Of a stretch of 64,000 bases of DNA, positions 49,026 through 61,757 are shown piece by piece (positions within the stretch are counted from its first letter, which is position 1; each line of letters opens with the position of its first letter). Position numbers and translations under genes: made by a program. The notes beneath the pieces were generated by a model, which was not told where the DNA came from, searched no databases, and saw nothing but the letters and a program-made list of their open reading frames with translations. The DNA lies in the NCBI GenBank assembly GCA_963837465.1, contig CAWINB010000001.1, positions 565,646 to 629,645 on the forward strand, written 5' to 3'. The DNA comes from Candidatus Doudnabacteria bacterium (GTDB lineage: Bacteria > Patescibacteriota > Doudnabacteria > UBA920).

Positions 49026-49235
49026 AAACAGCAAACATAATTCCCAGCCCCTTTACAGAGGGGCAATGACTTCCACTTATAACGCCATCTTAGCAACGAC
49101 TGTAATCTTTAATTCTCCGTCTTGCGACTTTGAAAACACTAAAATGGTTTGGGCTAATTATTTAGAGATTAGCGTTTAGCGAATTAGCGTTTAGTAACTA
49201 ACCGCTATTCACTATCCACTAATCACTAATAATAT
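49026..49235 (-). other. about 210-nt expansion/IVS in 23S helix 9 region
   Basis: about 60 nt in E. coli; contains tagcgtttagcg / taaccgctattcactat short repeats also present in 3'-terminal expansion 44190-44275. Confidence 0.5.
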
Positions 49236-49574
49236 ACTTCCGCGTTCGCTCGCCACTACTAACGGAATCTCTTTCGTACTCGCGTACGAATTGATTTATT
49301 TTCCACGTGCTACTGAGATGTTTCACTTCGCACGGTTCCCGCATATACCGCCCCACGGCGGCACAGCACGCGCTCTTCCAGCGCGTGGGTTTCCCCATTC
49401 GGACACCCCCGGATCAAAGCTTGTTTGCCAGCTCCCCGAGGCTTTTCGTCAGGCTACAACGTCCTTCATCGGCTCATATTACCTAGGCATCCACCGTATA
49501 CCCTTATCTATTTTAATTCTATCCGCGAATTGTCATCTGTCTTAAAAAAACAGACGCGCGATCCGCGGTTTATT

Positions 49575-49594
49575 ATTGACTAGCAATTTGTGAC
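49575..49594. repeat. 5' arm of the 20-bp inverted repeat bracketing 23S
   Basis: attgactagcaatttgtgac. Confidence 0.6.
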
Positions 49595-50522
49595 GACCAA
49601 ACTAGTTTAGAGTTGCGTGTTATTTGTAATGAGTGTCTCCACCCGAAACTTCCAACTCGCTACTCGCTACTGTTTGATCAACAAATTGTGATTTGGATAC
49701 AATGTTCAAAATCAGATCCTTAGACTTCGCTCAGGATAAAATCCTAAATTAAGTCCAAAGGATGATTTTACTTACAATTATTACAATGTCCATCTTATTT
49801 TATTAAGATGGATCTACCCAAGATTACCACTACTTGGTAAAGTGGTAATCTCTATTCAATTTTTAAATTGCTATCCGCTCGTCCTTCTAGGAATACATCC
49901 ATTTGTCTACTGCCCGGCAGCGTCTACGAGCCTGTATTCCCTAAGAAAGAAGGAATGCTGAGATCTGTGAGCAGTATATAAATAGATATATTGATTTTTG
50001 ATTTTGTGACATCCGCCTTCGCTAAAGCTACGGCGGATTATTCTCTGTAAAAATTGATTAGGGTGAATAAAAAAACCGCTTTCGCGGCTATGCTGGGCAC
50101 AATCTAAATTGGCCGTTTACATAAACCGCTTTTGGTTGATTAATAATGTTTGGATTACCATAGTTTTTTACCCTTTGTTTACCGTTTAAATATTTTATAC
50201 AAATTAGTCTAGACTGTCAAGGGAAAAAGCCAAAAATTGGAATAATATATTATGGCTTATTTATAAGGGTTTACTTTCCACTTAAACACAACCAATCCAC
50301 ACGATAACCACAGTCACGCTAGATGTGCCATCCCGGGCGAGCGCGTCCGAGACCCGGGATCCGGAACTTAGCGTTTTCCTCGGGTGGATTCCGGACATTT
50401 TTGGCCTACCTATCCTCTGGCAAAAATTCCGGAATGACGCAGGGTTTTATTTGACTCTCTCTCTCTGATTTGCTAACCTCTGGTTATCCTGTGCCAGAGG
50501 CGCGGGATTAAAGGAGGCCGCA

Positions 50523-50867
50523 ATGTCGGTCAGAATCACAATAAGGGAAGTTAGCGAAGTTACCATCATTGATAGCGCCGGTAGAATTACACTCGGAGAA
50601 GGAGCGGGAAGCTTGCGCGAGACGATCCGCGATTTAGTTTCTAAAGGTAAACAAAAAGTAATTCTCAACCTGGCAGAAACTACCTACGTGGATTCGTCAG
50701 GAATTCAGGAAATGATTTCCGGCTTCAGTATACTGGCCAACCAAGGCGCGGGATTAAAGTTACTCGCTCTAAACAAGAGGGTTAAAGATCTTCTTCAAAT
50801 AACCAAGCTGTACAACGTTTTCGAAGTCTACGAAGACGAAGCCGACGCTATTGGCTCCTTTAACTAG
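50523..50867 (+). CDS. STAS-domain anti-sigma factor antagonist (SpoIIAA-like)
   Basis: 114 aa; ETTYVDSSGI motif with conserved Ser; aaaggagg RBS. Confidence 0.8.
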   Translation: MSVRITIREVSEVTIIDSAGRITLGEGAGSLRETIRDLVSKGKQKVILNLAETTYVDSSGIQEMISGFSILANQGAGLKLLALNKRVKDLLQITKLYNVFEVYEDEADAIGSFN

Positions 50868-50947
50868 GGAGCGACACAATGACCCAGCACACCGCGGGCC
50901 GCGCGCATCAGAAAACTGATGTTGTCGCCGGCCCGCTTTTCTTTTAT

Positions 50948-50986
50948 TAGCCATAGTGTCAAGGGTCACCCTTGACACTATGGCTA
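50948..50986 (+). terminator. rho-independent terminator (19-bp perfect stem plus tttattttttg)
   Basis: tagccatagtgtcaagggtcacccttgacactatggcta. Confidence 0.6.
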
Positions 50987-51397
50987 CTCATTTATTTTTT
51001 GCGTCACTTTAGGCAACGCTGTAGCCATAACCAGGTTAAAACGCACGCTACCAATAACCTGGCCGCGGGTAGTTAGGACATTGACGCGCCAATGTCCGGG
51101 AGTAAGGCCGAGTGTTTTTTCCGAATATGTGCGAAAGCCGCCGTCCCTGCCGCCTACTACAACATCGCCTTCGCTTTTTTCCATAGCATGCACCAGGACG
51201 ATGCATGTTCCGACAATTGCCAAACGCGCGATTACCCAAAAATTTTCCCAGAATAAATCCACGCGCTTAAGCGTAATCGCGTCAAACACAAATCCGCCGA
51301 TTAACGACAGCGAGGAAACAGGCCGTTCGTATTTTCCATACCAGGTTTTAATTTTTTCCGTGAGCATAACATTACAAGGGCAGCCCTGGTGTGGCAC
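50984..51397 (-). CDS. hypothetical protein
   Basis: 137-aa ORF with one hydrophobic helix; opposite-strand ORF 51081..51542 is S/T/P-rich and less plausible. Confidence 0.35.
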   Translation of the reverse strand: MPHQGCPCNVMLTEKIKTWYGKYERPVSSLSLIGGFVFDAITLKRVDLFWENFWVIARLAIVGTCIVLVHAMEKSEGDVVVGGRDGGFRTYSEKTLGLTPGHWRVNVLTTRGQVIGSVRFNLVMATALPKVTQKINE

Positions 51398-51427
51398 GAA
51401 GGTTGCCTTTGTTGATTCCTTTACGGA

Positions 51428-52420
51428 TCAAACTTTTTCTATTTCCCCGATCCTCTTTGGATCAACAACAACCGTCCCCTGTTCATCCCGCTCTATAATA
51501 TTGGAAAATCTTACGCCGCTTTCCACTTCGTCGGCCGTGTAAGAAGAGCGGGCGTAAACCGTTTTGGAAAGTTCCTGATCTTTGGCCGTAATGCTGATTA
51601 TAAACTCGGCCTGCGTTTTCTTTAAGTCGTCAACGCTTTTCCCGTAAAGCGGGCTGCTTTGGGTTATGGGATGGACAATGGTCCAATTAAGAGGGAACAC
51701 CAGTACTTTCTCCCGCTCAAGCGACAGCTGATGAAATTCGCGTTGGCCGCTGACGGTCATGGACACGGTCACAGTCGCGTTAACTTCGACCAATTCGTTG
51801 CTGCGCCCATTTATTATGCGTGCCATAAAAGCAGTAATACTATCGTAAGGGGCAATAACCGCTTTTTCGCTGAACAAAATTTTGGTGGCCGGATTGCTGA
51901 AACGGGCAAAAAATAAACTGGCGCCAACGGCAAAACCCAGCATGCCCACCATAGCCTCCACCGCCAAAACCACATCGGCGAAAGTATTGGCAGGATGCAA
52001 AGGGCTGGTGCCTAAAGTAGTAATTACCTGGACGCTGTAAAAAAACAGCTGCCCAAAACGCTGATGCGCGTTAAGGGTCGCTATGTCCGGAAAAGCATAG
52101 GGTCCGGCCAGCATATATAAAAAGGTAAAAATAAAATTCGCCACTAAATAGTAGGCTAAAATACCCCAGTTAAACCGCCACCAGGAAGCGTTAAGCACGG
52201 CATGGTACGGGCTAAAGTTGCCGCTGTCCAGCACACCTTTCCTGTGGACGTTAAAACTGCCGTCCCGGTTTAAAAACCTGGTGCGGTTTTCCTGGATAAC
52301 CTTATCGCCAAGGCCCAAGTCTTCATCAGCATCTATATTTTCCTCTTGTTCCAAATTCGGATTGGTTGTTTTCATAATATTATCTAAAACCAATTTTATA
52401 AATCCAGTCGTGGGAGCCAA
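51428..52420 (-). CDS. inward-rectifier (KirBac)-like channel with non-canonical selectivity filter
   Basis: N-terminal RTRFLNRDGSFNV, two TM helices plus pore helix FFYSVQVITTLGTSPLHP (TLGTSP in place of TVGYGD), IRK C-terminal beta-rich domain; TTG start at 52420 doubtful, Met16 possible. Confidence 0.6.
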   Translation of the reverse strand: MAPTTGFIKLVLDNIMKTTNPNLEQEENIDADEDLGLGDKVIQENRTRFLNRDGSFNVHRKGVLDSGNFSPYHAVLNASWWRFNWGILAYYLVANFIFTFLYMLAGPYAFPDIATLNAHQRFGQLFFYSVQVITTLGTSPLHPANTFADVVLAVEAMVGMLGFAVGASLFFARFSNPATKILFSEKAVIAPYDSITAFMARIINGRSNELVEVNATVTVSMTVSGQREFHQLSLEREKVLVFPLNWTIVHPITQSSPLYGKSVDDLKKTQAEFIISITAKDQELSKTVYARSSYTADEVESGVRFSNIIERDEQGTVVVDPKRIGEIEKV

Positions 52421-52742
52421 TAATAAAGGTTCCCCGCGGGAGAGATGACGAGGTATTAACGCGGGAGCGGCTATCTTTTCGGAGCGGAGCTCCGCGGTAT
52501 TGAACCTGTACTAAGACTCCTTCGACCCGGAAATTAAACAGCAAGCTGTTTAATTTCTCCCGCTCTTACGCCCGCGAATAAATTTTACTGTATTGTTAGA
52601 ACCTGTTTGAAAAACAATGAACGGGTAGTAATTTTTTGTAAGCATGTAATATCAGCGTCAATCTTTTTTAAAGCCTTAGGAATTTCCTCGGCTTTTTCTG
52701 AATATAAAATATTCCATTGCAATACTTTAATCAGCATGAAAG

Positions 52743-54794
<2,052 letters not shown>

Positions 54795-54952
54795 TTAATT
54801 ATACTATTTTTAGCTTGCTTAGGCCACTTCTCCGCTGAAGTTTTATCTCCATGAGACTTCCAAGGCTTATCCACAGATTAGTTTTAAAAAATATGTTAAA
54901 ATTAATGCGGATTTAATTTATTTTAAAAAGTCGCCGTCTGAAATTTGTTATC

Positions 54953-55348
54953 ATGGCTTTCAGCAATAAAAAATTTGAACTTTCACCCCGCCTTAAACTT
55001 GGCGTAGGCAGAGGCTACTCTCAAAACCAAATACTCAAACTTTCCGCTACACTATGCCTTGTCCTGGCCTTAATTTTAACCTTTAACGCCATTAGGCTGG
55101 TGGTAAAAAACAAAAATTCGCCACAAATAAGCGATGGGCAGCCGCAAGTTCTTGGGGCAAGCGATATCAGACAGCAAAATGGCGGAAACACAGCCCAATT
55201 TACAACCTACACCGTTCAAAAAGGCGATACTTTATTTGATATAAGCCAAAAATTCAACATTGACTGGAGCACCCTGGCGGACTTGAACAATTTAAAAAGT
55301 CCTTTTGACCTCCAGCCCGGACAAACGCTAGAAATTCCAAAGCAATAA
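54953..55348 (+). CDS. LysM domain protein
   Basis: YTVQKGDTLFDISQKFNIDWSTLADLNNL. Confidence 0.75.
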   Translation: MAFSNKKFELSPRLKLGVGRGYSQNQILKLSATLCLVLALILTFNAIRLVVKNKNSPQISDGQPQVLGASDIRQQNGGNTAQFTTYTVQKGDTLFDISQKFNIDWSTLADLNNLKSPFDLQPGQTLEIPKQ

Positions 55349-55418
55349 TCGGTTTTTGTATATTTATTATAAAATCCCGTTGAAGGCTGTCTTCAAGGGG
55401 ATTTTATAATCTGGCGAG

Positions 55419-56273
55419 TTATTGCGGCACCAACACCTGGACTTTGCGGCCGACATCGCCATTGATAACATCAACAGTTACCGAAGTTTTTCCCTGCAAA
55501 GGCAAGCCTTCGGGAGTGCCCAAGGCGCTGCCGAAAGCTTCTATTGAGACATAAATGGGGTTTGCGCTTTGGGTGTAAAGTATCAGCTCCTGTTGCTGGG
55601 CGGGGTCCAGGTTCCAGCTGTAGGGGTTGTTGTTAGTTTGGGTTATTTGGACGCCGACCAGACCCGGGTCAAGCTGCCAATAGCTGCTGGAGTAGCCTTG
55701 ATTTTGATCGGTGGAAGAACAAGGCGGCGTGCTGTAATAATTACCACCCGGACTGCTGGTGGCAACAGGATAAGCAGGATTAAACTGGCAGAGCCAGGCA
55801 GTCAGCGGATCGGTATTGCCGGTAGATAAATAAGTAACGGTGATTTTACTGTAGCCGCAGCCGCTGCCGCTGCTGCCTACGCAAAAATTATAGATATCGG
55901 GCTGCTGACTGAAGCTGCTGCCGGGAAACACCTTAGCCTGAAAAATAGGAGTGGAGGTAGTACTGGTAACCGGAACGCCGTTTAAACTGACGTTGTTGTT
56001 AAACTGGGCGACATAACAATTATTGCCGCAGCTGACCTGCCTTTTTAAGTTAAACAGGGCCTGCTCGCTGACTCCGGTGGAAGCGTAAAGGGCGGCCTCG
56101 CTTCTGGTTAAGTCACCCGAAGTCCGGATTTCAATAAATAAAATGCTGGCCAGGCTAAAGCTGATGGCTAAAATAAAAGACAGCAGCAAAATGGCCAGCA
56201 GCAAAGTCACGCCCGCCTGTCTGCTGTCTGCTGTTTGTTTTTTGTTGTCTGCTGTTTTACTATGGTATATCAT
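55419..56273 (-). CDS. pseudopilin-like protein (type IV pilus minor component)
   Basis: N-terminal hydrophobic helix QAGVTLLLAILLLSFIL, Ser/Thr-rich. Confidence 0.55.
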   Translation of the reverse strand: MIYHSKTADNKKQTADSRQAGVTLLLAILLLSFILAISFSLASILFIEIRTSGDLTRSEAALYASTGVSEQALFNLKRQVSCGNNCYVAQFNNNVSLNGVPVTSTTSTPIFQAKVFPGSSFSQQPDIYNFCVGSSGSGCGYSKITVTYLSTGNTDPLTAWLCQFNPAYPVATSSPGGNYYSTPPCSSTDQNQGYSSSYWQLDPGLVGVQITQTNNNPYSWNLDPAQQQELILYTQSANPIYVSIEAFGSALGTPEGLPLQGKTSVTVDVINGDVGRKVQVLVPQ

Positions 56274-57030
56274 ATTTATTGGAAGAAACCGAAGTCTGAT
56301 AATAAATTGAGGTTGTTTCCCCAGTGGGTAGTTGTACGGTAAAGCGGATGATAATGACTACCGAGGGCTGGATTTGCGGATAATTATTTCCGTAATCCTT
56401 ACAGGAAGGAGCGTAAGGATCGCACAAAGGCCGGATTAAAAACATCAACTGATCAATCCGAAAGTTGGGCGGATTTAAAATTACATAGGGATTGGGGATT
56501 AAACTATTTGTGACGCCGTTTTTTTGCAGAACCAGGGTATATTTACTGCCGGAAGGCGCGGTAAATTTTACAGGAGCGCCGGCGTTACCGGCGTCAACAT
56601 AAACGCCGTTATTGTCGCCGAAATAAAAACATTCCTCTACTCCGTCGGTGTTAATTATACCGAGCTTATTATCCTGAGAGTAATAGGTGGAAGGAGTGGG
56701 AGTGGGCACGGGATTGCCGCCCGTTGTTTGGGGAACCGAGCAGGGAGAACTTGGAGTGATGGGGCTTTTGTAGGTTGGGGTGGTTCCGTCATTGATATAA
56801 TAATCAATCTGGCCGTTGCGGATTTCCTTGACCAAAAATTCCACAAAATCCCTGGCCCCCTGCGAGGCCTGGCTTAAGGCTTCGGTGCGGCGGTTGATTT
56901 TTAAAATATAGTTAAACAAAGAAAGCAGGGACGCGGCCACAATCACAAAAATTGTCGTCGCGACCAAAATTTCCACCAGGGTAAACCCAGCCCGGTTGTT
57001 CTGATTCTTGATTTTTGGTTCTTGGTTCAT
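56260..57030 (-). CDS. prepilin-type N-terminal cleavage/methylation domain protein
   Basis: RAGFTLVEILVATTIFVIV. Confidence 0.75.
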   Translation of the reverse strand: MNQEPKIKNQNNRAGFTLVEILVATTIFVIVAASLLSLFNYILKINRRTEALSQASQGARDFVEFLVKEIRNGQIDYYINDGTTPTYKSPITPSSPCSVPQTTGGNPVPTPTPSTYYSQDNKLGIINTDGVEECFYFGDNNGVYVDAGNAGAPVKFTAPSGSKYTLVLQKNGVTNSLIPNPYVILNPPNFRIDQLMFLIRPLCDPYAPSCKDYGNNYPQIQPSVVIIIRFTVQLPTGETTSIYYQTSVSSNKYDIP

Positions 57031-57034
57031 AATT

Positions 57035-57772
57035 CTAATAATTTTTCCAGTTGGTAAGATAGCTGTCCAGTTCCAGGCGGCAGGTTACTGATGCTGAAGA
57101 AAAATCAACCGCGCGGGGGCATTTTTTATCTATCCACCAAACCTCGGACTGGACTTTCAGCATGGACAGGTTGGGGTCTGTATTGTAAGGCGAATCCGTG
57201 GTATCGTTGGTGATGATTATTTTCCGGCAATAATCAGAAGGGTTTGAGCCTTTGCCGCAGTCGGTATTGCCATCCTGCTCGTAAAAACCCTCGCCCAGAG
57301 AGTTGCCCTGGTCCAAGACCATGCCATAGTGGGTGGATGGCTGCAAGTTCCACAAAGCCCCGACGTTACCGCTGGAAGCGCCGATATCCAAAGTGTACGT
57401 ATTGGAAGCAAGCTTGCCATTGCAAGAACCGCCGTTACTTGGAGCAAGGCAAAACAAATTATGGCCGCCGCTTTTCCCCAGCCAATTTTCATAGCAGGAC
57501 GCGCTGTCAGGCGAAGAGGAGGAATAACTGTAACAGCCGTTGGCTACCAAAGTATCATTCAGCCAGTTGGTATCCCGCATATTTCTGACCGCCTCCTCGC
57601 CTTCGCGGGCCAAACCGACGGCGATTATTTGTTTTGTGATATTGGTGGAAGAGGCAAAGGCATAAACCGCCAGGCTGACCGAAGCGCTGACGCCCATAAC
57701 TAAAATAAACAAACCGGCTAAAGTTTCTATTAAAGTTTGTCCGGCGGAAGTTTTGTGTAAATAAAGCTTCAT
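57035..57772 (-). CDS. pseudopilin-like protein
   Basis: SAGQTLIETLAGLFILVMGV N-terminal helix. Confidence 0.55.
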   Translation of the reverse strand: MKLYLHKTSAGQTLIETLAGLFILVMGVSASVSLAVYAFASSTNITKQIIAVGLAREGEEAVRNMRDTNWLNDTLVANGCYSYSSSSPDSASCYENWLGKSGGHNLFCLAPSNGGSCNGKLASNTYTLDIGASSGNVGALWNLQPSTHYGMVLDQGNSLGEGFYEQDGNTDCGKGSNPSDYCRKIIITNDTTDSPYNTDPNLSMLKVQSEVWWIDKKCPRAVDFSSASVTCRLELDSYLTNWKNY

Positions 57773-57993
57773 AATGGGAACATTGATAGGACTTACGCGC
57801 TTGTCCGATAACTATACCATCCGGCCCGGGCAATGCCCGATGCCAAAGGCGTTTAGGTTTTTTTTGGATTTTACGGAGCCTAGTCGGACCCGCGCCGGGC
57901 AAAACCGGAAAAAAATAACGACGTTGGCGGGTAAGCCTCTGTGGTTTTAAGCCTTAATTTAAATTTTTACGGCTAAAACGCTTAAGTCCCGCG

Positions 57994-58725
57994 CTAATTA
58001 AAACTTACGGAACCGCTTATGCCGTTTATGGTTACCGTTTTAGCGACAGTGTCGGAGCTGTTGGTCAGTGTTATGGACATACTGGAATCGGAGCTGACGT
58101 TACAGGCGGGAGGGTTTAAAGGGCTGGTGGAAATACATGGGGTGTTGGTTACAAAGTTAATCAGATTCCAGTAATCATCATTCATGTTGATATTCGGAGC
58201 GTTGGCTATGGAGCAAGCAGTGTCCAGTAAAGTTTTGGCAAAAGGCGCGACAAAACCTATTAAGGCGCACCCCGAAGGGCTGACAACGCTTTGCGTGGCC
58301 GGAGTAATTGGACGGGTAATAGTTATAGGGGTGCCGCTTGCCAGCCGGATACCCGGAGGAAGCAGGATGGTTTGCAAATCCTGAAGCTTGGGGCTGCTGC
58401 TGACATTATAAACCGCTTGTATGGTGTACTGCGTGGGCTTGGACAAATCAAACTTCAAAAAATAGTACTGCACGGACTGGCCGGCGGCCAATTCCCGTTC
58501 GGATAATGATTCGCTTTGCACCAGCCGTATATTGCTAACCAGCTGATTTTCGGCTATTTGGATATCCCTGTTGGCACGCTCACCGTTTAGGTTAATGACC
58601 AGCACAGTGGCCAAAATAGCCATAATACTGGTAACCACCATCAGTTCAATCAGGGTAAAGCCTTTATTGAATTTAAGATTTAAAATTTTAGATTTTAGAT
58701 TTAAGCCCAACAGAACTTTTTGCAT
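57994..58725 (-). CDS. prepilin-type N-terminal cleavage/methylation domain protein
   Basis: NKGFTLIELMVVTSIMAIL. Confidence 0.8.
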   Translation of the reverse strand: MQKVLLGLNLKSKILNLKFNKGFTLIELMVVTSIMAILATVLVINLNGERANRDIQIAENQLVSNIRLVQSESLSERELAAGQSVQYYFLKFDLSKPTQYTIQAVYNVSSSPKLQDLQTILLPPGIRLASGTPITITRPITPATQSVVSPSGCALIGFVAPFAKTLLDTACSIANAPNINMNDDYWNLINFVTNTPCISTSPLNPPACNVSSDSSMSITLTNSSDTVAKTVTINGISGSVSFN

Positions 58726-58768
58726 TTTATTTCATCAAATAATTACCATAGCTGATTATATTATAGCT

Positions 58769-59572
58769 TTAAATGCCCAAAATCGCCAAATACCAGCGCA
58801 GAAGCTGCGGGCCGTAAAAGACAGCCAAAAGCGCGCCTAAGGATAAAAAAGTGCCGAAAGGAACCTGGCTTTTTAAGTTTTTGCCGCTGAAACAAAGCAG
58901 CAGCAGCGAAACTGTCCCTCCCAGAAAAACAGCCAGCATCAAGCCTACCAGGGACTGCGGCCAGCCCAAAACAAGCCCCAAAAAAACAGCCAATTTGACG
59001 TCGCCAAACCCCAGCCATGTTCCCCGGGAAAAATACCACAGCAGAAAAAATGGTACGGTTACGGACATGGCTCCTGCCAGGCCGGAGACAAAAAAACCTG
59101 CCAAAGAAAGCAGATGCCGGCCGGAGGCGGCAGTCAAAAATACATTGATCAGCAGCATTAAGACTGAACCCGGAAAAATTACCCGGTCTAAAATCAGGTA
59201 GTGTTCCAGATCAATGACAAAGACCACCACCAAAACAGCGGCGGCCAGCCAGAGTTTAAGCAGCAACAGGGAGGAAAAAATATTAACCGGCGGCGCGTAA
59301 AGACAGATTAAGACAAACAAAAGTCCGGTAACAAATTCAATAAAAAAATAACGGGGGGAAATTTTTTTGCCGCAGGAGGAGCACTTACCCCGCAAAAACA
59401 AAAAGCTCAGCAGCGGCACCAATTCCCAGGGCAAAAGACCGCGGCCGCAGCGCGGGCAGCCGGACCGGCCGCCTAAAGATTGGCCGCGGGGCAGACGTAA
59501 AATAACCACGTTCAAAAAACTGCCGATTACGCTGCCGAAAATAAAACTTAAAATTAAAAGCAGAGCGGTCAT
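58769..59572 (-). CDS. pilD: prepilin peptidase (A24 family)
   Basis: CPRCG...CSSCG zinc motif then polytopic membrane domain. Confidence 0.9.
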   Translation of the reverse strand: MTALLLILSFIFGSVIGSFLNVVILRLPRGQSLGGRSGCPRCGRGLLPWELVPLLSFLFLRGKCSSCGKKISPRYFFIEFVTGLLFVLICLYAPPVNIFSSLLLLKLWLAAAVLVVVFVIDLEHYLILDRVIFPGSVLMLLINVFLTAASGRHLLSLAGFFVSGLAGAMSVTVPFFLLWYFSRGTWLGFGDVKLAVFLGLVLGWPQSLVGLMLAVFLGGTVSLLLLCFSGKNLKSQVPFGTFLSLGALLAVFYGPQLLRWYLAILGI

Positions 59573-59587
59573 TTAGAGGATAAATGC

Positions 59588-61576
59588 TTAACTTAAATAT
59601 CCCAGGTTAAAATTTAAACCAAGCGGCAGGGTCCGAATATCAGGCTCCCGCGCTGCCAGCCCGATTACTTTAATCAGTTCCAAATTAGTCGGCTCAATTT
59701 TTAAGGCTTGGTTTAAAGCCGCTATCACCTGGGTTTTATTATCGTCAAGCTGGTAAATTTTCGCCAGCAATATCCAGGAATCATAGGACTGCGGATTCAG
59801 GCTTAAAGATGTCTGGATGGAAGCCTCGGCCGCGGGAAGCTGGCGCAAAACCAGCTGGTACTGAGCCATTAAAGAATAATTGTCCACGGAAAAAGGATCC
59901 AGACTTATGGCTTTCCGCATATTGGAAATAATCGGACCGCCATAGGAAAGGCTTTGGGTTTGATATAAAAGCAGATAATACAAACTGGCGTCCTGTATGT
60001 AACTGTCGGCGCGCCCGGGGTTAAGCTTGTCCGCGGCGGCCAACAGCGCCTGTATTTGGGCGGGTGGCAGACCGGCGCGAATAGCGCTGCCGGCGCGATA
60101 GACATAATAAAGCCTGTTTGTCGGATTAAGCCGTTCAGCTACGGTAATTTCCTTATAGGCTGTTAAATAATTATGGGCATCATAAGCCTGGGTTCCGGAA
60201 TAAAATAAAGTTTCGGCAGTTATAAACACGGCTCCATAAACCGCGAAAACCAAACCCAAAACCAGAATTATTTTTTTAAACACTCCGTTTCCGCTAACCC
60301 ATGAGGGCAAGTTTGCCCGATTGGAAAAACAGGCACTGACCAAAAGCGCCACTGCCATATAGCAGGGAATGGCAACAGGATTAAACAAACTGCCCACCAG
60401 CCAGGCGGCTATGGATGCCACCAGGGCGATATTCAAGGGATTATATTCAGCGGCCAGCTGCTTCAAGGCGCTTATTACCGCCAAGGCAATAAGCCCCAAA
60501 AATAAAAGCAGGAACGGCAGGCCGCCGGTGACCGCCAACTCAAGCGGCAAATTGTGGGCATCGTCAAAAAATCCGCTGGCTACAATGGGAGACTTACGGT
60601 CGTGTTCAAACATCAATTCAAAATTTCCCAAACCAACCCCAAACACGGGTCGTTTTTTTACGCTGCCGAGGGAAAGCTTCCAGACGCCGAGACGGTTGCT
60701 GATATTTGGATCATTATTAAAAGAGGCTGTCGTGGCCACGGCATTGGGCCGCGCGAAATTTAAAAACTCGCTTCCAAACCATAAGCTTAAGAGCAGTGTT
60801 AAAACGATTAAAATTAAAAACTTGCGGGAGCCTTTGCTAAAAATTAAAGTCAAAACTACGGCCACCAACAGGCCGGCGGCCAAACCCAGCAAGGCTCCGC
60901 GGCTGGCAAAAATAGCCAAACTCCATAACTGCAGCGCCACGCTTACGCCGTAGTAAACCCTGGACTTCAGCGAACAACTTTGGTATAAAAATGCCAGCGT
61001 CAAAGGCAGGAGCGCCGCCACGAACATGCTGGAAAAATCCGGATTGCCCAAAAAACTGGGGGCCGCGCGGTTAAAAAAATCCGTGGTAAACCCGAGGTAA
61101 AAACCAAAACCCACGCTTTGCAAAAGTCCCCACAAAGCCACCAGGCCGGAAGTAAATATCAGTGTCTTCAGCAGGGCTTTTATTTTATCCAGGCCGAGCA
61201 GGCAAAAAAGAGCCAGCAAGATTGACCAAAGCGTGTAAAACAAAAACCCGTTGGTAAACCTGGCGTAGAAACCAAAGAAGCTGTAATTTTTGTCCCAGGC
61301 CAAAAGGCTGGATAAAAGCGCCCACAGCCAAAATAAAGCCAGGCAATAAAACAAAGCTTTGGGCCCTCGTACGGCTTTATCCTCCTGTTGCTTATTGGCC
61401 GCCAACCCAAAAGCCAAAGCCAAGCCGGTAAAAATAAACAGGAGGGCGTATTTTATAATTTCAAAGCTTTCGTAATTAAATTCGCTGAAAGCCAGGGGGA
61501 TTATCAGGACTATTAAAAACAAAAATCCGAATAACTTATCCCGGGAGTATGGCAGGCGCGGCAGACTGAGGTTCAT
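59588..61576 (-). CDS. O-antigen ligase-like polytopic membrane protein with C-terminal TPR repeats
   Basis: more than 10 TM helices followed by TPR-like repeats (LNPQSYDSWILLAKIYQ). Confidence 0.75.
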   Translation of the reverse strand: MNLSLPRLPYSRDKLFGFLFLIVLIIPLAFSEFNYESFEIIKYALLFIFTGLALAFGLAANKQQEDKAVRGPKALFYCLALFWLWALLSSLLAWDKNYSFFGFYARFTNGFLFYTLWSILLALFCLLGLDKIKALLKTLIFTSGLVALWGLLQSVGFGFYLGFTTDFFNRAAPSFLGNPDFSSMFVAALLPLTLAFLYQSCSLKSRVYYGVSVALQLWSLAIFASRGALLGLAAGLLVAVVLTLIFSKGSRKFLILIVLTLLLSLWFGSEFLNFARPNAVATTASFNNDPNISNRLGVWKLSLGSVKKRPVFGVGLGNFELMFEHDRKSPIVASGFFDDAHNLPLELAVTGGLPFLLLFLGLIALAVISALKQLAAEYNPLNIALVASIAAWLVGSLFNPVAIPCYMAVALLVSACFSNRANLPSWVSGNGVFKKIILVLGLVFAVYGAVFITAETLFYSGTQAYDAHNYLTAYKEITVAERLNPTNRLYYVYRAGSAIRAGLPPAQIQALLAAADKLNPGRADSYIQDASLYYLLLYQTQSLSYGGPIISNMRKAISLDPFSVDNYSLMAQYQLVLRQLPAAEASIQTSLSLNPQSYDSWILLAKIYQLDDNKTQVIAALNQALKIEPTNLELIKVIGLAAREPDIRTLPLGLNFNLGYLS

Positions 61577-61757
61577 AATAGGCTATATTTATAAAATAAC
61601 CGGAACTCATTTTAAAAACAAGGGGCAAATTTTTGAAAACTGACGCGCGGGGCGGACAAACAGATAAACACGGACAGGGCGCATCGTCGTCCGCGCTCAT
61701 CTGTTTCAAATCCGTATTTATCCGCGTTATGCGATACATAAAATGCCGGAATGATTG

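Noticed and set aside
49600-50520. Looked for 16S rRNA, spacer tRNAs, RNase P / SRP / tmRNA signatures upstream of 23S
   Set aside because: Only short hairpins were found (e.g. gattaccact/agtggtaatc at 49823-49851, ccatcttaa/ttaagatgg at 49789-49811) and the duplicated hairpin tccgccttMgctaaagctaYggcgga (50012-50037, also at 44087-44112). There was no T-arm consensus and no 16S conserved block. Treated as rRNA leader structure.
51081-51542. ORF 51081..51542 (+), 153 aa
   Set aside because: S/T/P-rich low-complexity product overlapping 50984..51397 (-). Neither is strongly supported, and the minus-strand one at least has a TM helix.
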